Shown: one piece after another, positions 62,015-64,000 of the stretch
Layout of the letters: every line of letters begins with the position of its first letter
Position numbering within the stretch: the stretch's first letter is position 1
Source of the DNA: Psammoneis japonica
Taxonomy: Eukaryota
Direction: 5' to 3'
DNA: 64,000 nucleotides
Assembly (NCBI GenBank): GCA_008632985.1
Contig: QPGO01000142.1
Span: forward strand, 124,001 to 188,000
Notes under the pieces: generated by a model
Seen by the model: the letters and a program-made list of their open reading frames with translations, nothing else
Told to the model about the DNA's origin: nothing
The model's database searches: none
Position numbers and translations under genes: made by a program

Positions 62015-62335
62015 TTTCGTTAGCAGTTAGGGGTGTCTATGGGGTCGTAAGGGACAACGGTTGTCCCATTCTTGTACGCTGTATTTTCAGCCAAATATCA
62101 TATCATGTCTTCAGTGAATTATGACTCAGCAATCCCCAATTATGACGATGCAACATTTAACAACATCAACATCCTTTCTGGCAATTATGACGCATCATCA
62201 CTTAACACTGCCAAAATAGAAATGGAAAATGGACAGACGCAGTGGCGGGAAAACTGCATGCGTGCATCAACGCATCATCAACCATCACCACACCGCGGCG
62301 ACACCATGGCCACTCGGTTCCGTTCATACCGCCAC

Positions 62336-62686
62336 GCTGGGATGATAAGACGGGTAAGAGCATTCATATAAGGTAATGTAAATGCCTCCAGTTTTATGGT
62401 GGTATTTTTTATTTGATGACTCCTCAAAGTTATTGTGTTATTTTCTATTTTCTACCAGTGCAGGTGGTTGGTGTTTTTTCTCTGCCGCCGACAAGATCGT
62501 TCATGAATCGACTGGTACTGGCGTGATAAGACGGGTGAGAGAATTTACAAAGGTAATTTAAATGTCTCGAGTTTGATGGTGGTATTTGTTATTTGACAAC
62601 TCCTAAAACTTATTGTGCTCTTTTCTATTTTCTACCAGTGCAGATGTTTGGTGTTCTTTGTTTTGTTCTCTGCCGACGACAAGATC
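62336..62686. repeat. Tandem duplication, unit ~180 bp, each unit with an intron-like ggtaat...ttctaccag segment
   Basis: gataagacgggt, atggtggtattt, ttttctattttctaccagtgcag and gacaagatc each occur twice. Confidence 0.8.
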
Positions 62687-62974
62687 ACGGCGGACAATCA
62701 GCCTTGAAAAGACACAGATTAGTGGTTAGTTGGCACCATCAGGACTTTGCTCCTCTTTTCAATGAATTGAATATTGGTTGACTACAATACATTAGCTCTA
62801 GAAGAAACCCTCAGGTAGGAGCATGCACCATGCGACCACGTTTGCCTTTGTACACATGATGCTTCCGGCCCTCACACCAAAACTGTTCTCTTCTTTAATG
62901 CAGATGCTACTGGCTATGGAGTGTGCATTGCTGCCACTGGATTGCTAACAAAAAATTGATTACAATACATTAAT

Positions 62975-64000
62975 TCACTCTAAAAGAATCCCGCGGTGGT
63001 TTTTTGTGCATGGAAAGGTATGCACGACGCGACCGCGTAAACCGTTTTGCACATAATGCTTCCGGCCCTCACAGCAAAATTCTTCTTCAGTTCTTCTTCT
63101 CTTCTTTGATGCAGGTGCTGCTGGCTCTGGAGTAGGGATTGCTGCCGCAGAATTAGCTACTTGCAGGTTGGTGGGGAAGCAAAATAGTGGACTGACAAAC
63201 GAACCAACGCTTGTTTCAATCCATGGCGATGGCGGCGTCGGAACCGGGCGGAAGGGCGATGATGGGAGTTTGTGGAGAGTTGTTTCCTGCTTCAGAGTCT
63301 CTTCATACAAAATGTCTTCCACTATTGACTCAAAGTCTGGACCAAAATATTCAAAATCCGGCGGATCAGCAACTCCAACATTGTCGGTCAAGCGTGCCGT
63401 CGTATCGGTTGGACCGACGAGCGAGTGATTCGGGTTCAGCAAAGGTGGAGTTTGTAAGCCAGCATCTGGTGTGGGAGCCAAGCAATGCAAAGGATCCACA
63501 GCGGGGATGCTTTCCCACAAATGGTCTAAAACCGAGTGGCCCAGCAGTCCACCGCCCTCTTGAGTTGCAAGAAATGTGTTCTCCAATGGACCCCTCCTGA
63601 ATAAATTGTTTTTGCATTCCTTTGGCAGCACCAGAAGGAAATTGGGTTGCACCTCTTTCAAAACCCGAACAGTCAGTTCATCTGGTGGATGGCAATTGGA
63701 AGCATTCGGATTTCTGTGGCACGTCGCATCGTGACCCTTCTTGCAGCTCGGTCCCCTCACACACCGTGGGCACATTTTTGCACCAAAGTCAACTCGAGTG
63801 AGCACGTTCTTTCGTATTTCTTCACTCTCATTGAACAGACAGCATGCACATCTAAACATTGCTTGTTCCTGTTGCTGGGCATGATTCGCAAACCCATTCC
63901 AGCAAGTCGGCGTGTTCTGTTGAAACATGTTTAACTTTGAGGAAGACGGCGTGGGTGCTCCTTTTTGCACTCGTACCCATTTTGACAAAGAGCAGAGCCA
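62975..64000 (-). CDS. Zn-motif protein related to the termini of the Zisupton-like transposase (frame open to the window edge)
   Basis: CPRCVRGPSCKKGHDATC and FCCEGRKHYVQNGLRGRVVHTFPC match motifs in the 46-49 kb element. A degenerate duplicate of its 3' end lies at ~62822-62935. Confidence 0.55.
   Translation of the reverse strand, partial: WLCSLSKWVRVQKGAPTPSSSKLNMFQQNTPTCWNGFANHAQQQEQAMFRCACCLFNESEEIRKNVLTRVDFGAKMCPRCVRGPSCKKGHDATCHRNPNASNCHPPDELTVRVLKEVQPNFLLVLPKECKNNLFRRGPLENTFLATQEGGGLLGHSVLDHLWESIPAVDPLHCLAPTPDAGLQTPPLLNPNHSLVGPTDTTARLTDNVGVADPPDFEYFGPDFESIVEDILYEETLKQETTLHKLPSSPFRPVPTPPSPWIETSVGSFVSPLFCFPTNLQVANSAAAIPTPEPAAPASKKRRRTEEEFCCEGRKHYVQNGLRGRVVHTFPCTKNHRGILLE

Larger units (their letters stand above)
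43190..62015. other. Largest TpA-depleted block (transposon and pseudogene relics)
   Basis: TA is rare throughout. CG is lost in some parts (49600-60500) but retained in others (46300-49500, 60900-62000). Confidence 0.9.

Noticed and set aside
700..62015. TA/CG depletion as a sequencing or conversion artefact
   Set aside because: It is strand-symmetric, confined to blocks, graded between elements and absent from adjacent genes. A raw-read check is still advisable.

Overview
Eukaryotic genomic DNA, most likely a diatom (bipartite ASAF-type plastid presequence on a ribosome recycling factor, SLC4 transporter, diatom-type Copia element, short GT-AG introns). Islands of ordinary genes (dymeclin, plastid RRF, 2OG-Fe(II) oxygenase, Reeler-domain protein, SLC4, papain-like protease, thioredoxin/PDI-like membrane protein, ankyrin protein, glycosyltransferase-like protein) alternate with large blocks (about 0.7-9.1, 19.1-29.2, 33.5-36.9 and 43.2-62.0 kb) of transposon and pseudogene relics. 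These include a complete PIF/Harbinger element with TIRs and TSD, a Zisupton-like transposase, Copia elements and an eRF1 pseudogene; a second eRF1 pseudogene and two intact TIR elements lie outside the blocks. The standout signal is a domain-restricted mutational process that erases TpA dinucleotides by converting them to TpG or CpA. It is directly visible in paralog pairs inside the window, is biased by flanking sequence, and is partly uncoupled from ordinary CpG decay. It looks like an inverse-RIP-type genome-defence or heterochromatin mutagenesis system that I do not recognise as described. All alignments and counts were done by eye.
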